A stretch of DNA of 64,000 bases from an uncultured Gemmatimonadales bacterium (GTDB lineage: Bacteria > Gemmatimonadota > Gemmatimonadetes > Longimicrobiales > RSA9), in NCBI GenBank assembly GCA_963798085.1, contig CAWCRS010000003.1, positions 160,001 through 224,000 on the forward strand, written 5' to 3'. A program made the position numbers and the translations under genes. Positions 61,708 to 64,000 of the stretch are shown in pieces; within the stretch, counting starts at the first letter, position 1; every line of letters starts with the position of its first letter. Under the pieces are notes generated by a model that was not told the DNA's origin, searched no databases, and was given only the letters and a program-made list of their open reading frames with translations.

Positions 61708-62088
61708 TCAGCCGAATTGCGCGAAGCCCACGGAGTTGCCGCCAGGCTCGCGCACGAACAGCTCGTCGGCGCCATAGAACGTCTTGCGCCGCGGCACCAG
61801 GATCTCGGCGCCCGCCATCGCCTTCTCAATGCCCGCAATGTCATTGACTTCGATGAACAATGTGGAGCCGCGCAGCGGTGTGTCCGACATCACGGGAACA
61901 TCGTTCTCCACGCTGCGCAGCGTCTGGTACATGATCTCGATGCCGTCGCTGGCCAGGATCACGAATTGAAGACGGTCGCCATCGGGTACTTCCGCCGTCT
62001 TCGTGAATCCCAGACGGTCCGTCCAGAACGACAGGCAGGGCTCGATCGCGTCCACCATCAGAATCGGCGTCAGCTTCTTGAGTTGCAT
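61708..62088 (-). CDS. VOC/glyoxalase-family protein
   Basis: LTPILMV, FWTDRLGF and TFYGADELFVREPGGN. Confidence 0.85.
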   Translation of the reverse strand: MQLKKLTPILMVDAIEPCLSFWTDRLGFTKTAEVPDGDRLQFVILASDGIEIMYQTLRSVENDVPVMSDTPLRGSTLFIEVNDIAGIEKAMAGAEILVPRRKTFYGADELFVREPGGNSVGFAQFG

Positions 62089-62128
62089 GGGCTCCTCGTG
62101 TGTGAGAGTTCGATGAGCCCGAAACTAA

Positions 62129-62173
62129 TGCGCCGGCGCAGCGGACTCTTGTACGAATCCGCACGCCGGCGCA
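62129..62173. terminator. Hairpin between the SHOCT gene and the VOC gene
   Basis: TGCGCCGGCG..GCGGA / TCCGC..CGCCGGCGCA stem. Confidence 0.4.
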
Positions 62174-62263
62174 AAGCGCTTGAACGCTGCAGCCTGGCTG
62201 TTTCTACTGCCCGGGAGCCCGCAGCGTCCGCCGAGGCGGCTGCACAGCCGGGTTCCTGCCGGG

Positions 62264-62602
62264 CTACTCGCCCTTCAGGCCGTACAGGTCACCCACGCTG
62301 CGCTCATACTCCTCGATCGACAGCTCCCCCGAAGCAAAGCGGCGCTGCAGCGACTCGAGCCGCGTTTCCGCTCGCGGCGGCGCCGCCACCGGCGGCGTGT
62401 TCAGCTGCAGTGGAGACTGCGGTGGAGCCTTCATGGGCGGCGCCGGCGGCGAGAACGGGTGGAACATGTCATCGCCTTCCAGCATCCGCTGCCATTGGCG
62501 CCGCATCCTGCGCTGACGGCGCCAGGGATCCCCACCAAGCGCCGCACCCACAGTGCGGCTCACGATCATGACCAGGAACATGATCATCAGGAGCGACATC
62601 AT
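62264..62602 (-). CDS. Small membrane protein with C-terminal SHOCT-like domain
   Basis: N-terminal TM segment, Pro-rich linker, and LQRRFASGELSIEEYER. Confidence 0.7.
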   Translation of the reverse strand: MMSLLMIMFLVMIVSRTVGAALGGDPWRRQRRMRRQWQRMLEGDDMFHPFSPPAPPMKAPPQSPLQLNTPPVAAPPRAETRLESLQRRFASGELSIEEYERSVGDLYGLKGE

Positions 62603-62620
62603 CCTCGCCTTCCCTTCGCC

Positions 62621-63190
62621 TCAGGCCGGACTCTCGCCACGCCTGCGTGTGGCGTCTTCCATTTCGCGCGTCGCCCGCTCCAGGATTTCCTTGAGCCGGT
62701 CCAGCGAATCCTTGTCGCCGGCGCGCTTCACCGCTTCCTCGAAGCTCACCTGCGCGAAATGAATGAAAGACTTCGTGAGATCCCGCATCTCCGAGCCTGT
62801 AAAACGACCCGTGAAATCCGAGATGCGATCGAATACGTCGGCCACCCGCTCCCGATTCTCATCGAGAAAGCGACGCCCCTCGTCCGTGATGCTGTAGGTG
62901 CGCTTGCCGTCCCGCTCCTCCGAGCGCACGTAGCTCTGGTCCTCCAGCATTTGGAGCACCGGGTAGACCGAGCCCGCACTGGGCGTGTACCAGCCACGTG
63001 CCTCGCTGCCCAGCGCCTGCATGACTTCGTACCCGTGCATGGGCCGGTCCGCCAGAAGCTTGAGGATCAGATAGCGCAGATCGCCGCGGTCGAACACCCG
63101 CGAGCGGAAGCGGTGCCTGCCGAATTTCGCCTCGGGCCCGCAGAACGCGGCCCAGGCGCCAAACCCGAAATCCCTGTGTCGATCCCTCAT
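62621..63190 (-). CDS. PadR-family transcriptional regulator (YqjI-like)
   Basis: RGDLRYLIL, PMHGYE, YTPSAGSVYP.L..LED and KRTYSITDEGR. Confidence 0.93.
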   Translation of the reverse strand: MRDRHRDFGFGAWAAFCGPEAKFGRHRFRSRVFDRGDLRYLILKLLADRPMHGYEVMQALGSEARGWYTPSAGSVYPVLQMLEDQSYVRSEERDGKRTYSITDEGRRFLDENRERVADVFDRISDFTGRFTGSEMRDLTKSFIHFAQVSFEEAVKRAGDKDSLDRLKEILERATREMEDATRRRGESPA

Positions 63191-63242
63191 GTTCTCGCCT
63201 CTCCGTTTCGGCCGGACACCGTGTCCAGCCGATGTGTCGGGT

Positions 63243-63272
63243 AATATCGCGATATATCGCTTGAAGAGTCAA
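63243..63272 (-). promoter_or_regulatory. Sigma-70 promoter with overlapping palindromic operator
   Basis: Minus strand reads TTGACT-N18-GATATT. Two overlapping perfect 12-bp palindromes: ATATCGCGATAT (63244-63255) and GCGATATATCGC (63249-63260). Confidence 0.65.
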
Positions 63273-63584
63273 GGGCCCTGAAGCCAGCCGCCGACAGTCA
63301 CCCGTTTCCAGGGCCGGGCCTCGGGCTGGGGCTCGGGCCGAACGCACGAAACCCTTCACCGCTCCATGAACACCTGCCCTGCTCCTTCGCCCCGTCTCGC
63401 TCCCCTTCACCGCTGTGCCCGCCGACCCGCGCCAGCTGGGCGATCAATCCGGACTCGCCGCCGGAGGGCGACGCTCAATGAAATCGCCGGCACCTCGATC
63501 CCGACCCACGCGAGGCGATGGCGGGTGTCGCGGGACGAGGAAAATCGAAGTAGGCTGGGTGCACGGATTCGGCATGGAGGAATC

Positions 63585-64000
63585 ATGACGGGAATCGGGC
63601 GCGGCGGGCTGGTGCTGGTGGTTCTGCTGGCGGGTTGCAATCGGGCGGCGGTGCAGCCGGGGATGCAGCCGGCGCCGGCCGGCGTGACGCCGGCGGGAGC
63701 GGCGGCGGCACTGCCCGGGTCGGTGCAATGGACACGCAGCTCGGCGGAGCACGACGCGCTCTTCCGGCAGACCTATCGATTCGCGGGCGAGCGCATTCGC
63801 ACGCTGTCGTCGGGCCGCGCCCCGGGCACCTGGGGTGTGATCATGGATGCGGACGAGACGCTGCTCGATAACTCGGAGTATCAGCGGGACCGCGCGCGCG
63901 CCGGTGGCGGGTTCGATGCGGCATCGTGGACGGCGTGGGTGAAGCGGGAAGCGGCCACGGCTCTGCCGGGCGCGCTCGATTTCATCCGCACCGTGCATGA
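63585..64000 (+). CDS. HAD class C acid phosphatase / 5'-nucleotidase e(P4)-like lipoprotein (partial)
   Basis: Not in the ORF track. Manual translation gives MTGIGRGGLVLVVLLAGC...WTRSSAEH...VIMDADETLLDNS...W.AWV...LPGALDF, with a GGAGG SD. Confidence 0.88.
   Translation, partial: MTGIGRGGLVLVVLLAGCNRAAVQPGMQPAPAGVTPAGAAAALPGSVQWTRSSAEHDALFRQTYRFAGERIRTLSSGRAPGTWGVIMDADETLLDNSEYQRDRARAGGGFDAASWTAWVKREAATALPGALDFIRTVH

Overview
GC-rich, gene-dense bacterial chromosomal window with about 48 protein-coding genes. I found no rRNA, tRNA, CRISPR array, transposase or phage genes. The gene mix (BNR/VPS10 hydrolases, 6-bladed propeller lipoprotein, PIG-L/NEW3 protein, M28 and M24 lipopeptidases, acidobacterial-type PadR) suggests a Gemmatimonadota- or Acidobacteriota-like organism; this is inference. 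Main blocks in order: ECF sigma/YciI with its cognate promoter; APC amino-acid permease; Ca/Na antiporter; arfB; a sigma-54 two-component system followed by a sigma-54 promoter in front of USP-pal-lytic transglycosylase; a His/Cys-rich leader-like ORF ending in NGPP; a ~400-bp nested palindromic repeat; a CPH-type P1B copper ATPase; ppk1 coupled to a Pycsar-effector-like (DUF5706) membrane protein that converges on a class-III-cyclase-like (DUF2652) gene; divergent BNR-repeat hydrolases; an SdiA-regulated propeller plus SixA; PIG-L; an Fpg/Nei glycosylase; a PlpD-like patatin; a PHM-like copper protein; citrate synthase; a 13-kb Wzm/Wzt glycan cluster; a SET-domain protein; a large GAF protein with a split cyclase-like domain; two PadR regulators with visible operators; and a partial class C acid phosphatase. 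Seven genes carry single-base frameshifts, most likely assembly errors. The best candidate for an undescribed system is a polyphosphate-linked nucleotide-messenger module (ppk1 + PycTM-like effector + two cyclase-like proteins + SixA/SdiA-regulated genes). All family calls come from motif recognition by eye, not database searches.
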